Of a DNA stretch of 64,000 nt, positions 38,860 through 49,761 are shown piece after piece. The DNA lies in NCBI GenBank assembly GCA_054600435.1, contig BAAIJX010000011.1, forward strand, positions 1-64,000, written 5' to 3'. Numbering within the stretch: position 1 is the stretch's first letter; the number at the start of each line of letters is the position of its first letter. The notes under the pieces were generated by a model that saw nothing but the letters and a program-made list of their open reading frames with translations, searched no databases and had not been told where the DNA came from. This DNA is from Neophaeotheca triangularis (taxonomy: Eukaryota). A program made the position numbers and the translations under genes.

Positions 38860-40236
38860 TCAAGAGAAGGGCGTCCTCGTCGCATTATTCGGAAGTGCCG
38901 CCCTCCACAGCGAGAAAGGCCTCGTCCTCCTGTCGTCGCCCGGGAAGAATCCTGAACCCCAGCACTGTCACCAATCGTCAGCGAAACACCCACATGATCA
39001 GAAACCTCGACAAACTAGTCTCGGAAAGAAAAAAAAAAAAAAACTCACCAATTGATTATTAGTCCAATACAAATACCCATCCCAACCAGCACTAAAAGTA
39101 TCCAACCACTCCATGCGCGGATCCCGGACAAACGGCGTATTAGTCCCATTCGCCGGGTTGAAGAAGTTGACACCATGGTTCTCCATATCGGCATAGTAGA
39201 TGTACCCGTTGGTATCACCCTGCATACCATCGCTCACGCCAGTCTGCGTGTGGCTGTTGATAGCGCCCTGAGCCAGGAGTTCCGAGTACGTGTCCCTCGC
39301 GCGCAACCGCGCCGTCGGGATGCTGTACAAGTCGCGCGAGGTCAGGGTTTTCCAGTAGAGAGTGTCGCCGTCGGCGGACAGCTGGAGCCCATCGGCGCCG
39401 AATTGCGGGAACCCGAAGGGCGAGTCCGGGGTCGGGCTGGGCGCGCTGTAGACGGGGACGCCCCAGACGTGCAGGGAGAATTGCCGCTGCGGCCGGACGG
39501 AAGGGTGGCCGTCGAGGTGGCGCCAGGATTCGCACGTGCCGAGGTCGACGACGACGATGCCGTTGCGGCCTTCGGGCGACGAGTCGGTGATGTAGGCGAT
39601 GCCTTTGCCGGATTCCGTCGTCTCGGGGCGCAGGTCGAAGCGGAGGTCGTTGAGGTAGGAGTCCGGGTAGGCTACGGTTTCGGGGAAGACGATGGTTTGG
39701 AAGACGGTGTCGGTTTCGAGGTCGACGCCGACGATTTTGGGTCCGCCGTAGCTTGATGGGACGCGGGTGCCGTCGGGAGTGAGGGCGCGACCCGTGTCGA
39801 GGATCCAGAGACGGTTGGCAGAGTCCATGACGCAGGACTGCGAGCCGATCAGGTAGTCTTGGTAGTTGGCTCCAGTTGGGGATGGCGTCGTATAGTTGAT
39901 GTCGCCTCCTGGAGGGTTGTTCATCTCGAACGATGGGTAAGGTCGTTCAGTGTTGTCGCTGAAAATCTCCGCAATGGTGTATTTGCCGTTTTCGCCATTG
40001 TTGGTGTTGTTGGCATCGAGAGCTGGCGGGTAGTTTGAGAACATGCGGCCTTCGCGGGAAACGGTGATGCCCGTGGGGAACTGATCGTTGTAGAGATGAA
40101 CGAGCTCTATCTCCGGACCATACTTGATGCTGTCCTGGTAGATACCGGGCGTGTCTGATGGCTCCCTCGTGGGGACGTATTGAGCAGTGATTAGACAGCT
40201 CAAGCCTGTCAGGGCGAGAAGAGAGGAGTTTATCAT
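38860..40236 (-). CDS. secreted major royal jelly protein / yellow family protein, 2 exons
   Basis: Signal peptide, PTGITVS, RLWILDTG, YLNDLRFDL, AYITDSS, GADGLQLS, SDGMQ and DPRMEWLDT; intron 38965-39048. Confidence 0.9.
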
Positions 40237-40537
40237 ATTAACGGTACGTGTGAAAGGATTGGGACATGCAAGAAAACTAAGAGGATCCCAGGAGAGATGC
40301 TCTATTTAAACCCAATGACAAGACGAATGGCATCATCGTCTTTGGCATTTCAATATTGGATCTCTCCTTCCTAGCCAGGTACCACCGGACTTGCATTGGC
40401 GGGCTACGACATCGTTCAGATGCTGTGATGCTGTGATGCTGTGATACTGTGCCGTGATAGGTGTAACTCCGCATCAATGGAGATCAACGCTGCAAGTGTC
40501 AAGTTGGTTCTATTGTGCCAAGACATTTGGCATTGGT

Positions 40538-40916
40538 TTACATCATTGTACATATAGACATGTTGATCTGGTCAAACTCTAGATACAAAGCCTTGTTCTC
40601 GAAACCAAATCCTTCATTCTGTCGAGATGAGACAGTGTCTTCTGGTTTGGTTCTCACCGGGCGGCGTGAGCCCCTTGGGTAATCGAAGTGTTCGAGTCCG
40701 ACTCTGGCCGCGATACAGTCTCTGTAGCTCTGGTATAGGTGTTCAAAGAAGTGCTCGTTGAGTTCGCTGTCTGAAAGTGCACTCATTACTTGGCTTTGCA
40801 TTGATTGCGTGCCGATGTCGAGACTCATCACTTCTAGCCATCTGATAGTGTTAGCGTTCCACTTGAAATCCGTAACTCTAGGCCTCCTGTACCTACCGAA
40901 AATCCTGCAGCCTCAT
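40538..40916 (-). CDS. small hypothetical protein (107 aa), 2 exons
   Basis: ATG 40916; canonical intron 40842-40896 (GTAGGT…GCTAAC…CAG) joins in frame to ORF 40538-40831. Confidence 0.45.
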
Positions 40917-41039
40917 CAATGCTATAATTGACGTATTCGTTTGCGTTGCAAATTCCTCCGCGCTCGAGAATGGCCGACGCTCTCGAGAGTTTGCGGACGT
41001 GGAGTTCCTAGACAATCGTTGTCGAACTCCAGAGATCCT

Positions 41040-41501
41040 CTACTTCAGTCCTTTCCACGGATCCTCAATAAAGCTTGGCTGAAAATACACCATATCGCCA
41101 CGCTCGTTCCCGACGCCTTTACGAAAAGCTTGGAGGCACGGATCGCCTGTCTCACCTACACCGCCCTGAGTCGCAAAAGCCCGCCCCTCTGTAGGCGCCG
41201 CCACCTCCTCAGCCTGCACCTCCGGTCTAGGAGGCAAAGAAGCAGCACCAGCACCAAAGCTTCCTGCGCTCTCCACCTCAGCAGGAGCCACGTCACCAGC
41301 GCTGGCGTGCTTCTCTCGAACACCAAGCGGCGTGGCATTCGCACCTTTGCCCTGGGCTTGCAGTCGCTTTTTGGCTTCGGGATCGACGTAGCCGTCGTCC
41401 TTGTTGTATTTGCGTTTGGTTCCCGATTGCGCGCCGAAGCTCGTGAAGCCCATTGCCTCTGCTATGGCTGGGTCGACTGCGAAGTCGTCGTCTTGGTCCA
41501 T
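41040..41501 (-). CDS. small conserved protein with AMGFTSFG N-terminal and YFQPSFIEDPW C-terminal motifs
   Basis: ATG 41501 in ACCAAAATGG context; 153-aa ORF with compact terminal motifs. Confidence 0.8.
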   Translation of the reverse strand: MDQDDDFAVDPAIAEAMGFTSFGAQSGTKRKYNKDDGYVDPEAKKRLQAQGKGANATPLGVREKHASAGDVAPAEVESAGSFGAGAASLPPRPEVQAEEVAAPTEGRAFATQGGVGETGDPCLQAFRKGVGNERGDMVYFQPSFIEDPWKGLK

Positions 41502-41902
41502 TTTGGTAGAGCCTCCTGTCCGGGTTTGAGGTGTGGCTCTGGGTGAAGCTGGAATTCTACTCAAGGCACTTTTAGATACCGTTTTCAATGCTTTCTGGTG
41601 GCTGCAGTGATTATGTCGAAAACCAGATATTATTTGAACGTGTAGTGGTGGAGATGTTAGAAGCCCGCAACTGCTCGTCGAAGCAATATGTTTCACTAGC
41701 GGGGAATGAAGTTCAGCCTTCCGTTAGCGCAAGAACGAGGCGTCCAATCGCGAGTACCTATCGCGAGCACGGACCATGCGCAAGTGAAGTGTCATGGCGA
41801 CGACATGAGAGCAGAGCTCGATCTCTCACGTACAAGGGCAGCATAATATACTTTGAGTTATCGAAGCATCATCATGGCATACTACGCTATCAACTACACG
41901 AC

Positions 41903-43162
41903 TCAATACTTTGGCCGCGAAGGGATAGTGCTCATGTACTCCACCGGGTTGCTCTGAATGCCGAACAACTTGAACAACCACGGCAAAATGACAAAGAACG
42001 ACTCGGGCTCGCCCATATGTTTCTTGCCCGCAATGAATTTTGCCTCCTTCGGTGCCCCGTGGTATAAACACAAATAGTAGTCGTCAATCGGGAAAATCTC
42101 ATCATTCTCCCCATTGACGAGCAGCAGTCTGGTGCATTCAGGGCTATCAAGCGTGCCAGCCTCAAGGAGCGAGAATTTCATGGCTTCCTTCTTGAAAGCC
42201 TCGAGATCGTTGCCGTAGCCCCATTTGTATGCAAGAGTGTGCGCGAGATCGAATGGGTACTCGAGCTTGTTGACGTTATCCAGCCACTCGTCTTTGAACA
42301 TGTAATGGCAGCCTCCCCCCAACGCGACTACTCCTGCAAGTCGCTTGGCATGGGTATGTGCGATGCGAATTGCGTAGTAGCCACCGGTGCTGAATCCCCA
42401 AACGGCAATCTTGTTCTGATCGATCTCTGGCTGCTCGCCAATCCAGTCGAGAAGGGAAGACCACTCCCTGTCAGGAGAGGTAACGTCTTTAGGGTCTGCA
42501 GGACTGTCGCCTGTGCCAGGAATCTCAACAACGACAACGCCCACGTTTCTCTGCGACCAGCCTTCGATCCACACTGCGAGCTCTGTCCGGTAGCCATCAA
42601 GACCGCTGAAGATCATGATGAGAGGGACGGGCTTGTCCTTCGTTGTGCCGGGTGGAAGATGGTAGTAGAACTGGATATCCTTGCCCTCGTTTGCCAATCC
42701 ATGCTTATGAGGTATCCTCATCTCCTTGGTCGGCCTCTCCCTTAATGCGAGACCCTTGGCTGCGGCCTTCTTCCCTTCTTCCCATGCATGCCGCTGCTTC
42801 TCTGATCGCGGGGCAGGGAACCGAGAGATGCGGTAGACGGCCGAGCCACGCATGTACAATTCAGATGCTTTTTCCCGATTGCCCTCTTTCTCCGCTTCCT
42901 GAGCTCTCTGGACAAGCTCCTCCGCCTTGGGAAAGAAGACTTGCGCGTAAGCGTCCCAATCGTAGGGTTCCTTCTGGCCCTCGTTGATCAATTGTTCGAC
43001 GATGGGCTCAAAGTCCTTGACAGAGCTGAACATGAAAGGGTAGACACCCATCGTTGCCGGCTGCTTCCATTTGGTCTCCCATAGCTGTTGAAAGCTTTCG
43101 TGGTGTGGTGCTGTCTCTTTGAGGCTGTCTCCGATGAAGAAGCGGCCGCCTGGTGCTGCCAT
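41903..43162 (-). CDS. AYG1: Ayg1/YG1 polyketide-shortening alpha/beta hydrolase (DHN-melanin pathway)
   Basis: PHHESFQQLWETKWK…GVYPF, YRISRFP, GLDGYR, EIPGTGDSP, nucleophile elbow WGFSTGG, DEIFPIDD and HMGEP. Confidence 0.85.
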   Translation of the reverse strand: MAAPGGRFFIGDSLKETAPHHESFQQLWETKWKQPATMGVYPFMFSSVKDFEPIVEQLINEGQKEPYDWDAYAQVFFPKAEELVQRAQEAEKEGNREKASELYMRGSAVYRISRFPAPRSEKQRHAWEEGKKAAAKGLALRERPTKEMRIPHKHGLANEGKDIQFYYHLPPGTTKDKPVPLIMIFSGLDGYRTELAVWIEGWSQRNVGVVVVEIPGTGDSPADPKDVTSPDREWSSLLDWIGEQPEIDQNKIAVWGFSTGGYYAIRIAHTHAKRLAGVVALGGGCHYMFKDEWLDNVNKLEYPFDLAHTLAYKWGYGNDLEAFKKEAMKFSLLEAGTLDSPECTRLLLVNGENDEIFPIDDYYLCLYHGAPKEAKFIAGKKHMGEPESFFVILPWLFKLFGIQSNPVEYMSTIPSRPKY

Positions 43163-43575
43163 GCTGAAGCAATGCCGATAGACCTGTCTTGGTGAGGTGT
43201 ACGAAAGGAGATGCGCGCGTGCAAAAAAACAGCTTTCAAACTTACAGTTGTAAGGAGGGCGAAGTATCTAAGTATTTAGATCATGCTCGTACAAGGAGCT
43301 GGGAGCTCTCGCGCATTCGGGATCCATACCACTGCCGTGGCAGGTGAATAATGTCCGAAGTCCGATGGAAGGATGCATGAAGTTGGGTTCGAAGCTTCGG
43401 AGCGTGTGGGGACGATTCGTCTCGATGCCGAATGCGGCATTTGTTGACCTACCTCGTGTTGGCAACTACTACAATTCTATTCTATTCTTTGCGCAACCAA
43501 TAAATACCCTGCCTCCAGTACGTTCAGTTTACTACTGCGATTGGCTTGCGATTGTGCAGGAAGTCGGTCCAGATC

Positions 43576-44142
43576 ATGGCAGCAAAATCGCCGACGGCGG
43601 TCATCTTCGCCAGTCTTCAAGGCTCGTGGAAACTCCGAAGACAACTCCAATCCGCTCTGCCTGGGTTTCCCTCGGGTATCTTCGAAGGCACTGCTACATT
43701 TGCGCCTCGTAATCCGTCAGCGCATTCCGTGGCGGGAGAATTGCTATACCACGAGCAAGGCGAACTCAGGACAGAGAACAATCTCACACTGAAAGCCAAC
43801 CGAAAGTATATCTACCGGTACAGCTCAGATGATGACAAGATAAGCGCCTGGTTCATCAACGAGGAGACCAAATCCCAAGAGGGCCAGGAAGAAGTCGACT
43901 ACCTTTTCCATGAGATCGAGATGGAGCATGCCGACGAGAGGGGATGGACCGGGAAAGGCGAACATCTCTGCGAGCTCGATATGTATTGGGCAATGTATGA
44001 GTTCCGCCTACCCAAAGTTGTCGAAGAGAGTGAGCGTTGTAATGTCTTCGGCGTGAGGTATAAAGTCAAAGGACCGCAAAAGGAGTACACAACCTCTACC
44101 GCTTATGAAAGGACCTTTGCTGCTCAGCTCCCATCTCGATGA
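43576..44142 (+). CDS. hypothetical protein (DUF6314-like beta-barrel)
   Basis: LQGSWKLRR, FEGTATF, LLYHEQG, RKYIYRY, LFHE, HLCELDMY and YKVKGPQKEY. Confidence 0.75.
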   Translation: MAAKSPTAVIFASLQGSWKLRRQLQSALPGFPSGIFEGTATFAPRNPSAHSVAGELLYHEQGELRTENNLTLKANRKYIYRYSSDDDKISAWFINEETKSQEGQEEVDYLFHEIEMEHADERGWTGKGEHLCELDMYWAMYEFRLPKVVEESERCNVFGVRYKVKGPQKEYTTSTAYERTFAAQLPSR

Positions 44143-44641
44143 TTCCTGGAAGCGTTGGAGCGACCTTGACCACTAGGGCAGCGAATATGGACTATTGGTA
44201 ATACCCTTCTGTGAGGAAATCTTGTATGCCTCCAAAAGACCACGACAAGACAAGCCCTGACTGCCTCACACTCGAATCCCAGGTCTCCAAGGCTGGTCAA
44301 AAGGGAGAGGCCATAAGGCAAAACGAGAGAACGCCAGGAAAAAGGGCAAAAACCTGCCACACTCGAGCTTAAGCCGAGCACAGGAGGAACCACTTTAGCA
44401 CATCTTAAATTTACTCGAGTAAGCCGCTGGTTCACATTGTACATGACAACTCGAACCCTACTGGTGGTCGCCCACCGTAGGACCAGTCACTCGAGTTTGT
44501 GCTTGAGAGCTAGTCTACGGACGGGTTTGCCAGATTTTGGGATTCGGTGGCAGGTTTGGATGTCTATTGCATATGTACTCTACTTTGCTTCCAGTTTCAA
44601 ATCTGCACTTAGCATGTGCGGTTTGTTTCTCTTAGGGGAGG

Positions 44642-44747
44642 TGTGACTTCAGAAACAAAGATATGGACATTAGACATGTGCATGCTTACAAGGCTGTGAC
44701 TTCACAAACAAAACTGCGCCTACTAGACATAGGCATGCTTACAAGAC
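44642..44747. repeat. imperfect 53-bp tandem duplication
   Basis: TGTGACTTCA-AAACAAA…TAGACAT--GCATGCTTACAAG occurs at 44642 and 44695. Confidence 0.85.
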
Positions 44748-44911
44748 TCCGTCACTAGTCAGTGCGGTCCTCCGTCAATGAGTCTAACCTAGAGGGTACA
44801 CAAAAAGAAGAGGTGCTGCCTTCGAGGCACTCTTCTTTCCACACTTCTTCTACCAACACTACCCAGACCAAGGACTCCAGCAGCACTCAGCAGGATCAAG
44901 ATCAAGACTCG

Positions 44912-46462
44912 ATGCCATCCCTACTGGAAGATACCCTCTTGCGTACAGGCCAACGGGGTGGCTTTCGTCAACGACTGTTCGCGTACCTGGAAGATCATGG
45001 AAGCCTACCAGCCCTTCGCACAACCTCACAAGTGATTCACGACTTGGTCGATAACCAACCCGAGAGGGTCTTCCGGAAGCTATATTTACGATCCCCCAAT
45101 CTAGACCAACCTGCAAGCTTCGTTCCCTTGGAAAGGATTGCACCGTTCTGCCATATCCTTACTATTACAATTGGCGATGAAGAGGAGGCGGTGGAGACTC
45201 CTCAACAGATCAGAGCAAATGAGATGATCAGATACATGAGGGAGAAGAGACCGGCCTCCAAATACAGTGAAGCGTCGAACCTGTCTTCTCCGTATTCACC
45301 AGGCGCATCTCCATATTCGCCAACACCAACATGGATGCGCAGGGCAGCCTCCAGGCAAGACTATACGCAAAAGGGCATGGGACAACACAGCCAAATTGGA
45401 CGCATGCGCTCAAGCTCTTCGACCACCAGCACAGGGACTCCCTTGCCTAAAGGAAGCTCCATATATTCTCTCCCGTCGCTTCCCGAATCAGAACCTTCGG
45501 CCAGGAGAATATCTCTCACCTCCTCAATTCTCAACCTCTACAGCAAACGCACCGCGAAATCCCAATTTTGCACCCACGCCAAAACCCGCGCAATCATCAC
45601 AAGCAAATACCTCGCCCTCCTCCAGCACTTCCACACCCTCCACGACCTCCACATCCGCACTCCAACCGGCAACCCAGGCTGGGCCGGCCTCACACCCCTC
45701 GAAACCCACCTGACCGCCTTGCGCACGGCCCTCGAAACATGCCCGAACCCCTTCCCGAACCTCAACAAACTCACGCTCTCGCCCACCCACGCAATGGGGA
45801 TCCTCCACCTTCGCTGGAACGGCTTCAGCGCCTTCGGGAGCGCAACATCCCAAGCCCCGCAGTTCTGGCGCCACATCACGACCCTCGACCTCCATCTCCG
45901 CAACCCTTACACCGCGGCCAAACCCCCGCTCAGCGAGCAGCAAGGCGCGCTCTTCGCCAAAGCGCTGAGAGACTACCTCGCCTCTCTAGCACCAACATTA
46001 CAAAACCTGCGCTTCTTCTGGCTCGAGGGCGAAGGGCCTTGTCCCTTTGGCCTTGCTCACACAGACACAAGCACAAACACAGCTCCAACCACCTCATCCC
46101 ACGCCAGCCTCGCCACCACCTCTACAGCCCAACAACCCTCCCGCTTTCCCCACTTGCAAACCATCTCCCTAGCCTCCCTCCGCCACCCGTACGCCACCCT
46201 CAGGGCTCTCCACCCTTCCCAGACACCCTCCCTACTCTCGGCCAAAATCCTTCGCAGCACGCACCGCGGCTCGCTAGCCTTGACAGAATTGGAGAGGGCT
46301 GGAGCGTGGCTGGAAGTGCCGTTGGAAGAGTTGAGAAAGTCTGGGATGGATGGTGGTGAGGGACAGGGGGTTTATCATGGAGGTTACGGGGATAGGGGTG
46401 AGAGTAGCGTGTATAGTTTTTATGAGTTTGGCGGGGTTGGAAGTGAGTTTGAGGGCTTTTGA
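44912..46462 (+). CDS. hypothetical protein, possibly F-box/LRR-like
   Basis: Long ORF; first ATG at 44912; RLFAYLE…LPALRTTS resembles an F-box; later LxxLxL repeats. Confidence 0.7.
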   Translation: MPSLLEDTLLRTGQRGGFRQRLFAYLEDHGSLPALRTTSQVIHDLVDNQPERVFRKLYLRSPNLDQPASFVPLERIAPFCHILTITIGDEEEAVETPQQIRANEMIRYMREKRPASKYSEASNLSSPYSPGASPYSPTPTWMRRAASRQDYTQKGMGQHSQIGRMRSSSSTTSTGTPLPKGSSIYSLPSLPESEPSARRISLTSSILNLYSKRTAKSQFCTHAKTRAIITSKYLALLQHFHTLHDLHIRTPTGNPGWAGLTPLETHLTALRTALETCPNPFPNLNKLTLSPTHAMGILHLRWNGFSAFGSATSQAPQFWRHITTLDLHLRNPYTAAKPPLSEQQGALFAKALRDYLASLAPTLQNLRFFWLEGEGPCPFGLAHTDTSTNTAPTTSSHASLATTSTAQQPSRFPHLQTISLASLRHPYATLRALHPSQTPSLLSAKILRSTHRGSLALTELERAGAWLEVPLEELRKSGMDGGEGQGVYHGGYGDRGESSVYSFYEFGGVGSEFEGF

Positions 46463-47038
46463 GGAGGAGCATTAGGAGGGGGCGGGGGGTTTGAGGTGAG
46501 AGGATGTGCGGAAGTGCTAGCCGTGGCGACGGAACTGGCGAGATTTATATGGTTGTTCGGTCCCGATACCTTTTTTCCATTGATGAGAGCGAGTTTTCGG
46601 AACGTTTTCCTCCTTTGTCCTTCTAGCTTGTACACGTACATCCCTTTTCCTTATCACATTTACTTAAACTTGGCTATCTTGGCTCTGAGTTTCGCGAGCA
46701 GCACTTCTTCGCTTCTATGATTTTTCTTTTACCTCCACTTATGTGCGCCGCCTTCGCAACTGCGCCGAATCTTCGCTTGAGAAGAGGTTGCATTGCGGGG
46801 CTCAAGGGGAGACGAAGCAAAAGGGGCGTAGTATACAAATGGCAGTCACAGGTGCTTCTTCGCATGTAAACTTTCACTCACTCAGACAAAACCACAGTAG
46901 CGAAACCCCGATCACAGGCATGTACATCCATACTGCGTATCTATAGGCTTGATTCATAATCCCCCCTACTCTACTACCAATGAAAAAATCACGCAATTTT
47001 TAACCTAAGCCACGCCACTACCTCCAAAAACCGGCCAT

Positions 47039-48625
47039 CTAAGCCTGGCCACTCTTTGGAGCCGCAGCCTTGGTCCCGCCAATCATACTATGCGGGTCGC
47101 GAATGCCCATGTGCTTGCCCTCCTGCACGCGCTTGAGAGTCAGAGCCGCGATGAGGGCGGCGCCGACACCGCTGCCGTCTTCGGCGGGCAAGATCTCGAC
47201 CGGGTCGTGGCCGCGGCCCAAGGGCTTGCCGTCGCGGCCTTCGGTCCAGTCGAGGATTTCTTTGAGAGCTTGGGCGCCGCGGGCCTGGTGGGGGGAATGG
47301 GAGTCAGCAGGGATCGCGTGTTTTGGTGGTGGGATGCTTCTTACCTTGAAGTGGGGGTACTTGTTATACACACTCCCATCAGCACCCACGTGGGCGGTCT
47401 TGTAGTTCTTCTTCTTGCAAATGGCGGCAACACCACACGCGCTAAGTCTGGCGCTGCGGGTTCCGATGAGCTCGGCCAGACGGCGGATAAGCTCGAGCTC
47501 GGGCTTGATGGTCTTGATGCCGAGTCTGTCACGGAAAACGTCGTGAGTCTCTTGCAAGTTCTCGTAAGGGTCATTCTCAATGTCTGAGAGGAAGGAGGCG
47601 TCGAGCGAGTAGGGCTTCTTGAGTTCCGAGATGTCCTGGCCTTCGAAGACTTGGACGTGAGGTTGCTCGTGTAGGTCGACGAGGACGAGACGGAAGAGCT
47701 CGCCCAGGTAGAGACCTGCAATCATCTTTTCGAAGGCTTGTTGGCCGGGACGGGGAGAGTCCTTGTCGATAATGACGTCGTATTGTGTTCGCGGCAAGAT
47801 CTTGTGCTCGTTGTCGAATGCGCCCCATTCGCAGTTGATTGCTATCTCCTCGTTGGGGTCAAGGTTCTTGTCGGCGATCTTGGGAACGTTCCCGCAAGTT
47901 TCCATGTAGGCGGCGTTGCAACCGGTACCGAAAATGCAGCCAATCTTCATCTCGGTGTCGGTGTAGGCTGAGGCGATCAGAGTACCAGTGGTGTCGTTGA
48001 TCAGGGCGGTCAGCTTAATTGGCACGCCACGGTCTGCAAGGGCTTGCTCGAACGGGGGAACAACGTCTTTGCCCTCGACACCGTCAATGTCGAAGCCCTT
48101 GGTCCAGCGCTGGAGCACACCGTGGTCGATGTAGTCTTGTGTGGCTGGGTAGGAGAAGGTGAAACCAAGGGGAAGCCTGTCAAGCTTCTCACCCTCGTGG
48201 TGGTACTCGATGAATTGCTGCAAGCAGTCTGCGATGTATCCCCACAGCTCATCAGCGTTGCCAGACTTAAGCTCCTCTGGCATGCGGTATTTGGACTGGA
48301 TGATGTCGAATTCACCCTGAGCTTCAGGCAGGTTGATTTCACAGACACGGAGGTTGGTACCACCCATGTCAAGGGCGAGGAAGGTGCCAGTCTCGTATCC
48401 ATTGGGGAAACCCATACACCAGGTTGGGTTCATGGGGATGCTGCCGCCCTCCTTGGAAAGACCCTTGTCCAGCTCGGAGATGAAGTGGTCAGAAATGGCC
48501 TTGAGCTTGGTGGTGTCTACGGTGAACAAGTCTTCCAATCTCTTAATCTCTTGCTGCAGGTCACTGGGCATATCCGCCATGGAACCCTTGCGGCTGGGCC
48601 TGCGCTTTGCTCCAAGTCCTACCAT
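47039..48625 (-). CDS. HXK1: hexokinase, 2 coding exons
   Basis: RKGSMAD N-terminal motif, LALDMGGTNLRV, LGFTFSYP, RWTKGF, INDTTGTL, INCEWGAFD and EDGSGVGAA; 60-nt intron 47285-47344. Confidence 0.97.
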   Translation of the reverse strand: MVGLGAKRRPSRKGSMADMPSDLQQEIKRLEDLFTVDTTKLKAISDHFISELDKGLSKEGGSIPMNPTWCMGFPNGYETGTFLALDMGGTNLRVCEINLPEAQGEFDIIQSKYRMPEELKSGNADELWGYIADCLQQFIEYHHEGEKLDRLPLGFTFSYPATQDYIDHGVLQRWTKGFDIDGVEGKDVVPPFEQALADRGVPIKLTALINDTTGTLIASAYTDTEMKIGCIFGTGCNAAYMETCGNVPKIADKNLDPNEEIAINCEWGAFDNEHKILPRTQYDVIIDKDSPRPGQQAFEKMIAGLYLGELFRLVLVDLHEQPHVQVFEGQDISELKKPYSLDASFLSDIENDPYENLQETHDVFRDRLGIKTIKPELELIRRLAELIGTRSARLSACGVAAICKKKNYKTAHVGADGSVYNKYPHFKVRSIPPPKHAIPADSHSPHQARGAQALKEILDWTEGRDGKPLGRGHDPVEILPAEDGSGVGAALIAALTLKRVQEGKHMGIRDPHSMIGGTKAAAPKSGQA

Positions 48626-49470
48626 CTTGTCGGTGTTGGGTTATTTGTGATGTGGCAGAGATGGGACGTTTGTAGGTGCTCAGCGGTGAACCAGCACTGC
48701 GCGCACAAGTTGTAGGTATTGAGGCTGTCGCGGGAGTGTCAGTATGCGTTCCAAGAGACTTGTTCCTAAGCAGCCCGAGTATGGGATTGTGTAGAGGGGG
48801 CCCAAAGACATTGACGCGGTCGAACTACAGCCGTGGAACCCAAGGACACGGCCGTGAGCCTCGCAAAGACGGTTGATCCTCATGTTGTCGTCGTTTTCGA
48901 AAATGGCTATTCTTCGACGCTGGGGTGCCCCTCTATGGCCCTCAATGCAAAAAAATGCCGTTATGGCCCTGCTCTTCTATGGAAATTGAGGGGGAAAATT
49001 TGGCTCGGCTTACCTCGTTGTCGTCCGGAAATGGAAGTAGACGAGGTATGATGTTGGAATGAGGAAGAAGAGGGAGATTGGAAGAAAGAAGGCGATGCAG
49101 TAGTCCAATGTCGCCGTCTACACTTCGGACCGTTTAGGTTCCATTGCTCTCACCTCACCTCAACCTCATTGAGGGATGGGACGTGGGGTCCACGGGTGTT
49201 TTCTCCAGCTCCTACGTCACCCGAAACTCTGACATGTTCCGTCATTCATCCCTGCAACCTCCGACCGCCGATCTTGGCATTCCTGACCACTTCGAGCTCT
49301 GCAGGGAGCTTCACCTTTGCCGGCCTGTACAACTAATCAGCACCCAATCAACCAACCTACGAACAGAAACAGTAAGCATTTGATACTATAGTCACATGCA
49401 CAATCTTCAGCAGCTCACACAACCCCAGCGTTCCACATCAAACCAAAACACAACCAACCACAAACCAACC

Positions 49471-49761
49471 ATGTCTCTCCGCCTGATCCCCCGCGTAGCC
49501 ACCGCCGGCGCCCGCATCCAAACCACCCGCAGCTTCTCAATCGCTGCCCGCCGCATGGCCGAAGGCGACGCCGGTGCTCCCCGCTCCGGTGGCTCTGCTT
49601 CCAGCGACTCTTTCACCAAGCGCGAGCAGGCCAACGAGGACTTTTACGTCAAGCAGCAGGAGCGCGAGAAGCTCGAGGCGCTCAAGAAGAAGATTGCCGA
49701 TTCCGAGGAGCAGTTGGCCAAGGACAGGAAGCAAGCCGAGGACATGGGGAAGAAGCAGTGA
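49471..49761 (+). CDS. INH1: mitochondrial F1Fo-ATPase inhibitor (IF1/Inh1)
   Basis: Arg-rich presequence then EGDAGAPRSGG…DSFTKREQANEDFYVKQQEREKL; probable 5' UTR intron starting at 49372. Confidence 0.92.
   Translation: MSLRLIPRVATAGARIQTTRSFSIAARRMAEGDAGAPRSGGSASSDSFTKREQANEDFYVKQQEREKLEALKKKIADSEEQLAKDRKQAEDMGKKQ

Noticed and set aside
38860..44142. AYG1 plus a yellow/MRJP gene as a possible pigment cluster
   Set aside because: No PKS, scytalone dehydratase, THN reductase or laccase is in the window, and the genes are separated by unrelated ORFs.
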